DNA of 63,794 nt, the filler included, from an uncultured Methanoregulaceae archaeon (lineage in GTDB: Archaea > Halobacteriota > Methanomicrobia > Methanomicrobiales > Methanospirillaceae): NCBI GenBank assembly GCA_964530035.1. It is 3 parts of 3 records of this genome, joined end to end, with 100 filler letters (N's around TTAATTAATTAA, not from the genome) between each part and the next. Parts side by side here need not be neighbours in the genome. Positions count along the whole stretch, not along the records: positions 42,734 to 63,794 come from CAZGXZ010000022.1; 2 more parts are not named here. One strand, given 5' to 3'. The notes beneath the pieces were generated by a model. It did no database searches. It had not been told where the DNA came from and saw nothing but the letters and a program-made list of their open reading frames with translations. The first letter of the stretch is position 1; each line of letters starts with the position of its first letter. Positions 52,524-62,476 of this stretch are shown one piece after another. A program made the position numbers and the translations under genes.

Positions 52524-53124
52524 ATAGGTTCGTTCTTCAATTTTGCAATTAAAGACGAATAAGGGAAAACCGCTGCACATGGCAATCAGCCTGGATGCCT
52601 GGCAACCTCGATCGGATGGAAAGCGTTTCTTCCCCGCGTTTCTGATCAGTGTAAACCCGGCAACGATAGTATAGGCAGTCCACCGTTCAATCTCGTTCTT
52701 CTTATAATACTGCTCTTCCTGCAGTAATTATCCTGTCAATCCGATCCTCAACCAGATTATGAAATGAATGACCAGCTATCCTTTCGTTATTTTCTAGGAT
52801 ACTCTGTGAAAATCCCTGATCACTCGACCGTGACACTAATGTGGGCGGAAAAATGACTTATGTCTTCTTGGATAAAAGAATGCATAGGCCTGTTTGAGAT
52901 CATCCCCTTACATATAAGGAACTGAAAAGGAACAAGGCAATCTGCAGGACTCGTTCCCGTGTAGAACGCCCCTTTTATCATTAAAGGGTTTGCCATGCGG
53001 ATCATATCTGGGTCACAACCTGTTCAGAGTTTATGAAAATGTCTTTTTCTGATTTTGCATTCAGCATCAGACAATAACTCACAATACAAAGGCAATCTGT
53101 TGAACGGAAGAAAACGATCGGGTA
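52524..53124 (+). mobile_element. Fossil IS5-family transposase with stops, frameshifts and a central deletion
   Basis: Manual translation: GSFFNFAIKDE*…IGWKAFLP…LLFLQ*…SDP…DQLSFRYFLGY…IPDHST, then DKRMHRPV*DHPL…RNKAICRTRSRVERPF…HADHIWVTT. Confidence 0.8.
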
Positions 53125-53314
53125 GAAAAAATGTCTTATCAAGGCTGGAAAATGTAATTCTGCTGATTTTTTTATAAGATCAGGATAATATTAAGGTCTT
53201 GTGAAATATCACAACGGTTTATTAAATTGATTAATCAAAATTTTGTTTAGTCATTGATAAACGTTAATAGTTGAGTATATTCCAGTATTGTGTGTGACAA
53301 GCCAATCCGAATAC

Positions 53315-53863
53315 ATGAGGGCCTTTTTTGGTGTCAACCTTAATAAGAAGTTCGAGGAGATGATATCTCAACTCCTTGAGGTAGAAGGTAATTTAAAAGA
53401 CTTCTCAAAGGATATTGCAAAGCTTGGGGGTAACCTCAGCCCCGAAGATTTTAAAGCGGCCATGAAAGAACTGCGTGCGGCGGCATACGAGGATGCACAG
53501 CAGGTTAAGGATGTGCGACAGTTTCTTGCATTTTACCTGAAATCGGACAAGAATACTACCCATATTATATTGGAGCGTGATGCCTACATGAAGATCTATC
53601 AGATATTCACGTGGGATGGGTCTGATGTCCGCGATCTCAGGCGGTTGATTAAGGAACTCAGGGAGATCTGTGACAAAGTCGGACTGCACCTACAGGATCT
53701 TGTAAATTTTAAAAAGCTCACGCTGCAGCCTGTACCGGAAGACATTATGAAGTTCCCTGTGTATGCACTTGACAGACAGGGCTACTGCCTGACCGGTGTT
53801 GCCTATGATTCAGTCATGCATATCAACGAGGTCCGCGAACAGATGGTTGAGAACTTTAGCTGA
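53315..53863 (+). CDS. Hypothetical protein, helical N-terminus
   Basis: About 182-aa ORF with plausible composition and an AT-rich promoter region. Confidence 0.75.
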   Translation: MRAFFGVNLNKKFEEMISQLLEVEGNLKDFSKDIAKLGGNLSPEDFKAAMKELRAAAYEDAQQVKDVRQFLAFYLKSDKNTTHIILERDAYMKIYQIFTWDGSDVRDLRRLIKELREICDKVGLHLQDLVNFKKLTLQPVPEDIMKFPVYALDRQGYCLTGVAYDSVMHINEVREQMVENFS

Positions 53864-54064
53864 TCCCCCTCATAATCGAACAGCCAGGATAGGTACCACC
53901 CAAGACATCTATCCCCCAGTTCGCCAGCGATTCAGGGTTTGATATTGAGATCAGGAAGGTTTCATCTGGCCTTTGTGAGATTATCCTTACTAAAAAGTAA
54001 AGTGTATATATTTTACATTATGCAAAACATTGAGGTCTGACAAGCCCAAACGGGTTGCTGCATC

Positions 54065-55309
54065 ATGTCCTCACATTTTTTTCTTCTCGGAGAAAGACTT
54101 ACACAGGAAAGGCTGGCATGGCTGGAGGACAGCTTAAAATTCTTTTTTGTTCAGCTGTACCCCGAAACTCTGCTCCATCACATGGAGTTCAAAGAATCAA
54201 TCTTCACGTTTTTTTTGACCGGAGACGCTTTATACAGCCTACATGAGCCAGAAACACTACAGGCATGGGAAATTATCCTGCTCCTGCCGTCGGTGACCAT
54301 AGTATGCGACAGGGAGGAACTGGATATCCGGGGAATTTCTGTTGAGCGGATAAGGATGAAGCATCCAGATCAGATCGTAGACCACAACAGCCTAGGCCTG
54401 AAGGGCAGAACCTCATTCTGGAGAGACGTAGTGAGATTCGCTCGTCAGAATGAGCAACCCCTGCCCAGTACCATCGGGTTCCTGCAACTCGAGTCTCCTT
54501 ATATGCACCAGTCCGCCTTGCATGCAGTGCAATGCCTTGTAGCAGCACTTGAAGTCCAGGCCTCCATAGATCTGTATGCCTATCTTGACGGAATTCACCT
54601 CGGCCACATCAATCAGAACCCCTCCGGGGTCGAGAACATTGGCAGAACGCTTGAGGAACTGAAGTCGATTGCCAGCAAGCGGGGGCTGCAGTGCCAGATG
54701 TATGCTTGTAGCCGCTGCACAACAGCACGAGGGTACAGCACCTGGGATGACGGACAGGGGGTCATGATGTCAGACTGCCTGATAAAACCTCTAAAAATCC
54801 GGAACCTGACCTCGATCATCGACCAGTTCGAGTCCAGCCACATCATCCTCGGGGAGAACTCAGGGTTTATAAAATTAAAGATCGACCCAAGACTGTCCCG
54901 CTCTGGCCAGCAGGATGGCGGGGCGTCGCCCCCGGTCACTATTTTTATCACCAGGCCTCCTTACGGGACGGAGTATGCCTTCGGAGCGCTCTCGCTTGCG
55001 GTTGCATGTGCCTATCAGGGGATTATAACCCATGTTATTTTCATAGAGGATGGAGTGTATTCGGTGGCAGGAAGCCACAGGCACAACCAGAACGAAGGGA
55101 TAATCAACATACAGGAGATGCTGACGGCCGTCGAGGGGAATGAAAACCTATCTCTCTATGTGTACCAGCCCGCCCTGAGCCGGCGGAACATTACAAGAAA
55201 TCCTTCTATGACCGCAGTCCTTGAAATTGGAAAACCGGAACTCGGCCGCCTGCTATTCCATTCACCGTTCAGCAACCAGGCGAACCACCGAAGATTGTTG
55301 TTTTTTTAG
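54065..55309 (+). CDS. Triple DsrE/F/H-like domain fusion (TusBCD-like sulfur relay)
   Basis: Three repeats of the Dsr fold: TGDALY…EELDIRG; ESPY…YLDGI…CSRCTTARG; RPPYG…IEDGV…ALSRR. Confidence 0.8.
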   Translation: MSSHFFLLGERLTQERLAWLEDSLKFFFVQLYPETLLHHMEFKESIFTFFLTGDALYSLHEPETLQAWEIILLLPSVTIVCDREELDIRGISVERIRMKHPDQIVDHNSLGLKGRTSFWRDVVRFARQNEQPLPSTIGFLQLESPYMHQSALHAVQCLVAALEVQASIDLYAYLDGIHLGHINQNPSGVENIGRTLEELKSIASKRGLQCQMYACSRCTTARGYSTWDDGQGVMMSDCLIKPLKIRNLTSIIDQFESSHIILGENSGFIKLKIDPRLSRSGQQDGGASPPVTIFITRPPYGTEYAFGALSLAVACAYQGIITHVIFIEDGVYSVAGSHRHNQNEGIINIQEMLTAVEGNENLSLYVYQPALSRRNITRNPSMTAVLEIGKPELGRLLFHSPFSNQANHRRLLFF

Positions 55310-55846
55310 GGAGATATTAACAGAGTGAATGGGGATAGGGGCATAGTATCTGATTATACCGATCTGACCTGAAATGGCTTGGGGATGAGGATCATCTTGC
55401 TTCTTAAGGAGGCCCTTCTGAAATCAGTGGGATCTACCTGGAATGCAGCAATGAACCTTTGATCGCCGGATGGGTCTCCCTGGATGGAAACGATTGAGTG
55501 GCATATCAGTTTTCTGTTGACAAAGCCAATCAGAACATTTTTCATTGAAAGAACGCCTGAAAAAGCAAGTTCCTGAATCGAACTCGTTTAAATTTCCATG
55601 ATCCGGTACAAAGAGCGGAACATTGGCCTGTGGATGTATCGGTCATGTTTCTTCGTTCCCGGGAAAGGTAAATATTTCCATTATCATCCCAATACGTATT
55701 ATTGAAGAAACCAATCAGGTGTTTTTAAAATTTCCTGGTAATGCTGGATGTAAAAAAATAACCCGCAGGTTATCAAGCGGATAATTTTCGAAGGCAGATA
55801 TCCCACGGGATTAAGGCATCAGAGTACATACTTCTAGGAAGTCTTC

Positions 55847-57028
55847 ATGGACATTGAGAGGATAAGGTCTGATTTTCCGCTGCTCCGGGAGTGCATCTAT
55901 CTTGACAGCGCAGCGACCAGCCTCTCCCCGAAGCCGGTCCTGGACGCGATGCTCGAGTTCGAATACCACTACCGGGCCAATGTAGGGAGGGGGATCCACA
56001 GGCTGTCCCAGGTCGCCTCACAGAAATACTGGGATGCCCATCGCAGGGTTTCCCGGTTCATCGGGGGCGGGGATGGCGTCCTCGCGTTTACCAAGAACAC
56101 AACCGAGGCGATCCAGTCTGTGGTGGCGGGAATTCCCCTGTCAAAGGGAGACCACGTTGTCTCAAGCCTCCTCGAGCACCACTCGAACCTCCTCCCCTGG
56201 ATGCGCCTGAAGGAACAGAAGGGGATCAACCTTTCCCTCGTCCTACCGACACCGGATGGTACGCTTGACCCGGATGTCGTTATCGATGCCATTCATGAGG
56301 GGACGAGGCTTGTAACCCTGACCTATGTCTCGAACGTCACCGGGGCGGTCACTCCGGTAAGGGAGATTTCAAAGGCCTGCAAGGAACAGGGAGCACTCTT
56401 CCTCCTTGACGGTGCCCAGGCAGTCCCGCACCTCGCTGTGGACATGGCAGGCACCGGGTGTGACTTCTTCTGTTTTTCAGGTCATAAGATGCTCGGACCC
56501 ACCGGTACCGGTGTCCTGTGGATGAGAGAACCTCTGTCCGAACCGCTTCTCGTCGGGGGTGGGGCTGTGGAAACCGTAACCTCGGATGGGTATGTCCTCT
56601 CCGAGGGATACGAACGGTACGAGGCGGGCACTCCGAATGTTTCCGGGTGCATAGGGCTCGGTCGTGCCGTGGAATATATCGAGTCCATCGGGATTGAGTC
56701 GGTAATCAAGCACGAGGCTGCATTAACGAGGCAACTGCTCGACGGACTCCTGGATATCCCGGCTGCCAGGGTCCTCGGTGGAAACCTTGATGACCGTACG
56801 GGGGTGGTATCGTTCAATATAGGGACTGTCAAACCCCATGACGTTGCATATCTCCTTTCAGAGGAGGCTGATGTCATGGTCAGGTCAGGCCACCACTGCT
56901 GCGGGCCGCTCATGAATTTTCTGGGCCTGCCTGATGGAACGGTCAGGGCGAGCATTGGCTGCTATAATTCATCTGAAGACATCGATACGCTTTTAGAAAC
57001 GTTAAACCGGATATCGAAGGTGTCATAA
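55847..57028 (+). CDS. sufS: Cysteine desulfurase (SufS/Csd type)
   Basis: YLDSAAT, EHHSN, DGAQ, SGHKMLGP, EAGTPN, RSGHHC. Confidence 0.93.
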   Translation: MDIERIRSDFPLLRECIYLDSAATSLSPKPVLDAMLEFEYHYRANVGRGIHRLSQVASQKYWDAHRRVSRFIGGGDGVLAFTKNTTEAIQSVVAGIPLSKGDHVVSSLLEHHSNLLPWMRLKEQKGINLSLVLPTPDGTLDPDVVIDAIHEGTRLVTLTYVSNVTGAVTPVREISKACKEQGALFLLDGAQAVPHLAVDMAGTGCDFFCFSGHKMLGPTGTGVLWMREPLSEPLLVGGGAVETVTSDGYVLSEGYERYEAGTPNVSGCIGLGRAVEYIESIGIESVIKHEAALTRQLLDGLLDIPAARVLGGNLDDRTGVVSFNIGTVKPHDVAYLLSEEADVMVRSGHHCCGPLMNFLGLPDGTVRASIGCYNSSEDIDTLLETLNRISKVS

Positions 57029-57029
57029 C

Positions 57030-57812
57030 ATGTATCAGGAGATGCCCTGTATCAAGGTGAATGGTGAACAGGCCGGGTGTGGTATGCACGAAGTCATCGT
57101 GGAAAAACCCCTTTCCCTGTTTGTGAACGGGAGGGCTGTCCTTACCGCAGTGACGAGCCCGTCGATGATCGAGGAATTTGTAACAGGGTATCTGTTTACT
57201 GAGAGGATCATCAGGTCATCTGATGATATCGAGTCCATACAAGTCCGCAACATGGATGTCAGGGTAATCACGAAGGACCTGGTATCGACCCTGGGACCAA
57301 AGAAGACAGTTCTTTCAGGCTGTGGCGGGTCAGGGTCGTTCCTGGATTTCTCGGGACTTCCAGAAATCCAATCCGACTTTTCTGTGCCGCGTGATGAAAT
57401 ACCGGTGATGGTCAGGGTCGCCCTTGAGTCGGAACTCCATGTAAAGACGGGGGGGATCCATGTTGTTGGGCTCGTTACCGATGGGAAGCTGGCAGTGGCT
57501 GTCGAGGACATCGGGAGGCATAATGCCCTCGACAAGGTCGTCGGTTCGGCAATCATCCATAAAATGGACCTTTCACGGTCATACATCATCATTTCCGGAA
57601 GGATCTCCTCGGAGATGGTGAGGAAATGTCTTGTTGCAAACATCCCGATCATTGTTTCCCGTGGTGCCACAACCACGTATGCCCTTGAAATTGCAGAGAA
57701 GAAAGGTCTTACCGTAATCGGCTTTGTGCGGTCGACAAAAATGGTGATCTACACACACCCGTCCAGGATTACAGGAGTTCCTGGTTCTTGTATGCCAGAA
57801 ATAAAGGGATAA
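57030..57812 (+). CDS. fdhD: Formate dehydrogenase accessory sulfurtransferase FdhD
   Basis: SGCG, TGGIH, EDIGRHNALDK, SGRISSEMV. Confidence 0.95.
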   Translation: MYQEMPCIKVNGEQAGCGMHEVIVEKPLSLFVNGRAVLTAVTSPSMIEEFVTGYLFTERIIRSSDDIESIQVRNMDVRVITKDLVSTLGPKKTVLSGCGGSGSFLDFSGLPEIQSDFSVPRDEIPVMVRVALESELHVKTGGIHVVGLVTDGKLAVAVEDIGRHNALDKVVGSAIIHKMDLSRSYIIISGRISSEMVRKCLVANIPIIVSRGATTTYALEIAEKKGLTVIGFVRSTKMVIYTHPSRITGVPGSCMPEIKG

Positions 57813-58003
57813 CGGTTGTTCCTTCGCCCTGTACCCGGCACGGCAGCAGGCTGGTATCCATCACGCTTTATCATGAGAATGGCCCCACCAACACAAGATT
57901 CATGGATTGGGACTCATCTCGTGCCTTTCACCTGGCGATATGATAGCTTTCCTACCCCGGGCAATGACGGATGGATGTCAATCGACCCCGTTATACGGAT
58001 AAA

Positions 58004-58783
58004 TCAGCCTTTAGCGGGTTTTTTATCATCGCTTTCCAGGGTACGGTTCGAATCGACCTGGCTGGGTGACCTGAAACGTCGGTCGTCACGTCTCTCCAGT
58101 TTCATCTCTGAACAATGGAACATGATGGCGGAGATGAGGAGAAATGCAGCAATAACCGCCATATGAAGGGCTCCTGGTGCGAGGATCTCACTCTCCCCTG
58201 CAAGGAGGAGTCCTCCCGCCAGGAGAGCGGACAGAAGGATGAATATCGAAATCCGGCGATCAGTGGTTTCACAGGGCCTGATGGTGCCAACAAGGAATAA
58301 TCGGGCATCAACAGGGAATAGTGGGCAGATGCCTTTCTTGGTACAGGCGTCCTCGAGGAGGTGGAGCAGGAAACCAAGGAGAGTACCGGCCAGAAAAAAA
58401 GTGACGAGCCGGAGTTCTCCTGTATGCGGAGCCAGGATGATGAGTCCGCTTACAACAGTGGCACAGAAGCCATATATGATCAACGCCTGACCGGAGTGGG
58501 TCAATCTCTTGTCCAGGGGATCAGGTTCCAGCCGTAAAGCGTGCCTTGACACTACCACGAGGATCGGAACGAAGATCCTTGCTGTAACCCTGGTCAGGCC
58601 ATATGCGAGTCTTTTTGGGTTTTGCCGGCGTGAAGGTCGTTTCATGTGGAAATCTGGAAGAATTGACCCAATACCTGCACCACACAGGAGCACGAATGAA
58701 GCTGCAGGATAGGCGGATATAAACGGAACCAGGAGGAGGAAGGTACACCCGAGTGTCAGGAGAAGATGATGGCGTGTAAGCAT
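58004..58783 (-). CDS. Membrane-bound metal-dependent hydrolase (YdjM-like)
   Basis: N-terminal HH, GSILPD, RLTHS, HLLED..T..G. Confidence 0.85.
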   Translation of the reverse strand: MLTRHHLLLTLGCTFLLLVPFISAYPAASFVLLCGAGIGSILPDFHMKRPSRRQNPKRLAYGLTRVTARIFVPILVVVSRHALRLEPDPLDKRLTHSGQALIIYGFCATVVSGLIILAPHTGELRLVTFFLAGTLLGFLLHLLEDACTKKGICPLFPVDARLFLVGTIRPCETTDRRISIFILLSALLAGGLLLAGESEILAPGALHMAVIAAFLLISAIMFHCSEMKLERRDDRRFRSPSQVDSNRTLESDDKKPAKG

Positions 58784-59532
58784 GATTTCACCGGCTTACT
58801 GCAGAAAAATCCACCCGGACGGAAAAAAAACCTTTCAGCCGGTTCATATTGTCGTTACGAGCATCATGATGATGGTTTGTGAGATGAATGGAGATCAACC
58901 CGGATTACTATAATAATTATTTAATATTGTATGCTAATATAATATATATAGTTAACATATTTGATATTAGGGATGAGAGAATGCATTGCTGCAGGAACAC
59001 TGTGTTCATTGACCCTCAATAGAATCGAACTCGTTTTATTCCTTATGGGGCCGGCTCTTTTTTATATATGGATCCTCCAATTCGGAGACAGTTATCAGAG
59101 AGAATTTAGCTTTCCTGTCATTTCTTTAGAGCCGGAAGCAAATTGCTCCCCTGCGTTTCAGGAAAGCCAGTTCGGTTTAAATTACCTTTGGACCGGTTTA
59201 CCTGCATTTTGTGGAATTGACATGGCGTATGTAAGATCCCGTAAAAGAGTCATTCATTGCTGAAATCGACATCTCTTGCTCATTAGGATTGGGTTATGGA
59301 TCGAATTTGGCCATGAGCATTTTTATGAGTTTTCGAACGTGACGATTTGGGGAGATGCTCTTCTTCTTATCAAAATATTATGCCTATATTATTTGTATTG
59401 ATAACTATTATCTGTTAATTACGAGTAGTTGCTTTTACTTGGAGCCCCTCAACCTGGTGGATGTTATGAATTAACTATTTTTGTTGGACTTATTTCGATA
59501 ATAAAATATATGTGCAACAGAAATGATTGGTG

Positions 59533-60534
59533 ATGACTCATAATCGGATGTACCTTGTGTCAGGATTCCTGATCATATTACTATGTCTTGCCGTCCTGAT
59601 TACCGGGTGCGTTTCAAGCCCATCCCAGCCTGCCACGCCTGTGAAGACAGCTCCGTCAACGGAAGTCACCGTTCTCCCGACAACCGCACCCATGACAGTT
59701 CCCGGGACCCAGGTCCCCGTTCCAAACCTGACCCCTGCCGGAAACCAGACTTTTGTGGTCCCCACGGGAACTCCGATAGCACCCCTTACCGTTCCTGAGG
59801 GAACACCATCGGGGTACGTCATAGCCTATACTGCAGCATCGCTCAAGGGAGCATCGGGTAAAATTGGGACAGGCTTCGAAAATGCCACTCCTGGAGCCCA
59901 CGTCAGCTTCAACCTTGACGGCACCCAGATGCTCAAGCACCAGGTTGAGAATGGTGCCTATTCTGACGTTTTCATATCAGCCAGCACCAAGTACACCGAT
60001 GCATTGAAGGGCGAAGGATATTTCATCAATGACACGGTGAAGCAGCTCATTTCGAACTACATTATCGTGATCGTTCCTGCAAACAATCCCGGAAAGATAA
60101 CCTCACTTGCAAACCTGAGCGAGCCTGGAAAACGGATCGTCATGGGTACACCGGATGTCCCGGTTGGGATGAACACTCGCCAGGTTATTGACAAGCTGGC
60201 GAATTCAACCTTCAACAGTGCATGGAAAGCAGGCCTCATGAAGAATGTCAAAAGCTTCGAGACAACCGAGCCCGGCATAGTGACAAAAGTGTCCCTCGGC
60301 GAAGCTGATGCCGGATTGGTCTATGAATCCTCCTACAAGGCGGCGAAGAACGGGACTCTTATGGCGATCAATATCCCTGAAAAAGATAACGCCCTTCAGA
60401 TCTACACGATAGGTGTCCTTGAAAAGAGTGCCAACAAGCCTGCGGCATATGCCTTTGAAAGCTTCCTGCTTTCTGAAAAAGGACAAAAAATTCTCACAGA
60501 TTATGGTTTCAGGGCAATAAGTGCCAAGTCTTAA
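59533..60534 (+). CDS. modA: Molybdate ABC transporter substrate-binding lipoprotein
   Basis: Lipobox ITGC, P/T-rich linker, AASL, DVFISA, VPVG, GEADAGLVY. Confidence 0.92.
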   Translation: MTHNRMYLVSGFLIILLCLAVLITGCVSSPSQPATPVKTAPSTEVTVLPTTAPMTVPGTQVPVPNLTPAGNQTFVVPTGTPIAPLTVPEGTPSGYVIAYTAASLKGASGKIGTGFENATPGAHVSFNLDGTQMLKHQVENGAYSDVFISASTKYTDALKGEGYFINDTVKQLISNYIIVIVPANNPGKITSLANLSEPGKRIVMGTPDVPVGMNTRQVIDKLANSTFNSAWKAGLMKNVKSFETTEPGIVTKVSLGEADAGLVYESSYKAAKNGTLMAINIPEKDNALQIYTIGVLEKSANKPAAYAFESFLLSEKGQKILTDYGFRAISAKS

Positions 60535-60582
60535 ATCCTATACCCTTTTTCCCTTTTCACAACCTGCAGAAAGGAATAGTAC

Positions 60583-61404
60583 ATGACACGACGCCGATTG
60601 GAAGGACAAGGGTTTTCGTTAACACTGACCGGTATATGTGCCGCCATCCTTGTAGGTCTTGTCGCCCTGTACCTCATTCTCCCCGTGATTGCACTCTTTT
60701 TCAGGATAAGTCCCGCGATGTTCGCCGCCTCGCTCGAAGACCCGTTCGTATACCAGGCATTAGCCATCAGCCTTGTTACGGCAGCGGCATCCCTGGTGGT
60801 CATTGTAGGTATGGGGACACCTGCCATGTATTTCCATGCAAGGAGCGTGTACCGGGGAAAAACTCTGGTCGACTGCTTCATCGACCTTCCCCTGGTCCTT
60901 CCCCCGGCGGTAGCAGGCCTCGCGCTTCTCCTCCTTTTCGGGAGGACCGGGCACGTCGGGTACTACTTCAACCTCGCCGGCTATCCTCTCCCCTTCACCA
61001 CCCTGGCCGTCATAATGGCCCAGGTATTTGTCGCGTCCCCGTTCTACCTCCGCCAGGCAAAAGAACTCTTCGGGCAGCTTGACCCTGTCTACGAGCAGAC
61101 CGCACGGACCCTCGGTGCATCCCCTGTCCGGGTGTTCTTCACCATCACCCTTCCCCTGACTTCAACAGGTCTCCTATCAGGTGCCGTCATGAGTTTTGCA
61201 CGGGCTCTCGGGGAGTTCGGTGCGACGATCATGTTCGCCGGTAACCTCCCGGGAGTGACGCAGACAATGCCGCTAGCCATTTACAGTGCCATGCAGGGAA
61301 ATATTGACGCTGCCATCACCCTGGGGATTGTTCTCGTGCTCTTCTCCCTCTGTATCATGGGAACGATCCGGGTAATCATGGAAAGGAGTGCCGGGAATGC
61401 TTGA
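60583..61404 (+). CDS. modB: Molybdate ABC transporter permease
   Basis: LPLVLPPAVAG, ARTLGA, FARALGEFGAT. Confidence 0.95.
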   Translation: MTRRRLEGQGFSLTLTGICAAILVGLVALYLILPVIALFFRISPAMFAASLEDPFVYQALAISLVTAAASLVVIVGMGTPAMYFHARSVYRGKTLVDCFIDLPLVLPPAVAGLALLLLFGRTGHVGYYFNLAGYPLPFTTLAVIMAQVFVASPFYLRQAKELFGQLDPVYEQTARTLGASPVRVFFTITLPLTSTGLLSGAVMSFARALGEFGATIMFAGNLPGVTQTMPLAIYSAMQGNIDAAITLGIVLVLFSLCIMGTIRVIMERSAGNA

Positions 61405-62104
61405 GACCACTATCAGGAAGGAACTCAGGGATTACCCGCTCGACCTCTCTTTCATAGTCCATGATAAGGAGATTCTTGTCCTGATGGGCCGGAATGGTTC
61501 AGGAAAATCAACAATCCTCAATTGCATCGCCGGTCTTGTGTCACCCGGGTCTGGTTCAATCAGGAACAAAGGTGCCATTCTTTTTAATTCTGATTCGGGC
61601 ATTGAGATTCCCCCAGAGAGACGGGGTATTGGGTATGTGTCACAGAAAGCAGCCGTTTTTCCCCATTTGTCAGTGAGGGACAACCTAGCGTATGGCCTGC
61701 GGGCAAGGCACGCCTGTGATGAGCATGTATGCTCACAGGTGGATATGTGGTTGGATATCCTTGGGATCCGCGATTTGCGGGACGTGAGGGCCAGCCAGCT
61801 TTCGGGAGGCCAGCAGCAGAAGGTTGCCCTTGCACGCGCACTGGCGATATCACCAGGCCTCCTCCTCCTGGATGAACCGTTTACGGCTCTTGATGCAAAA
61901 AGCATCAGTGAACTGATGGGGCACATACGGAGCACGGTAAACGAACTGAATATCCCGTCTATTCTTGTTACTCACAGGTTTTCTGATGCGGCTCTTATTG
62001 GTGACAGAGTCTGTCTTATCAAAAATGGGAGGGTTGTTTCAGAATATATGGCAGGGGACCTGCCTTCTTTTCTTCAGGGGAGGAGGGAAGCTAAGTCTTT
62101 CTGA
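61397..62104 (+). CDS. modC: Molybdate ABC transporter ATPase
   Basis: GRNGSGKS, LSGGQQQ, LLLDEPF. Confidence 0.93.
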   Translation: MLETTIRKELRDYPLDLSFIVHDKEILVLMGRNGSGKSTILNCIAGLVSPGSGSIRNKGAILFNSDSGIEIPPERRGIGYVSQKAAVFPHLSVRDNLAYGLRARHACDEHVCSQVDMWLDILGIRDLRDVRASQLSGGQQQKVALARALAISPGLLLLDEPFTALDAKSISELMGHIRSTVNELNIPSILVTHRFSDAALIGDRVCLIKNGRVVSEYMAGDLPSFLQGRREAKSF

Positions 62105-62476
62105 AGGTCTACGGAACCAGGTATGGTTCACTATCTCCTAAAAAACTGCCCATTCACCAGATACCCCACGGGTTTAGGCTTCATTGGTAAATGTGTATTC
62201 TTTGATTTTGTTGTATTGACTGTTCTTCATGCCTCATAATCTTTATACCGTGACAGAGATCGCCTACGAAAATATCAAAATATCATGGCTTTTTTGCTGT
62301 TTCCCCGATATTTTATTAATTAAAATAGCTTAATATAAATATATTTTAGTTAATCTATTCTTTTTTTACCAAAAAAAAACCAAAACCATTATCATTTGTT
62401 AAACACAAGTGTCGTCTGAGTGAGTTGGATTTTTGAAGACTGGTTGAAGAACAGAGTCTGAAACAGGAGAATTTTA

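Noticed and set aside
58961..59263. 100-aa ORF upstream of modA
   Set aside because: TTG start, atypical composition, lies in an AT-rich regulatory region; probably spurious
59630..59810. Pro/Thr-rich repeats in modA
   Set aside because: Ordinary linker of archaeal surface lipoproteins
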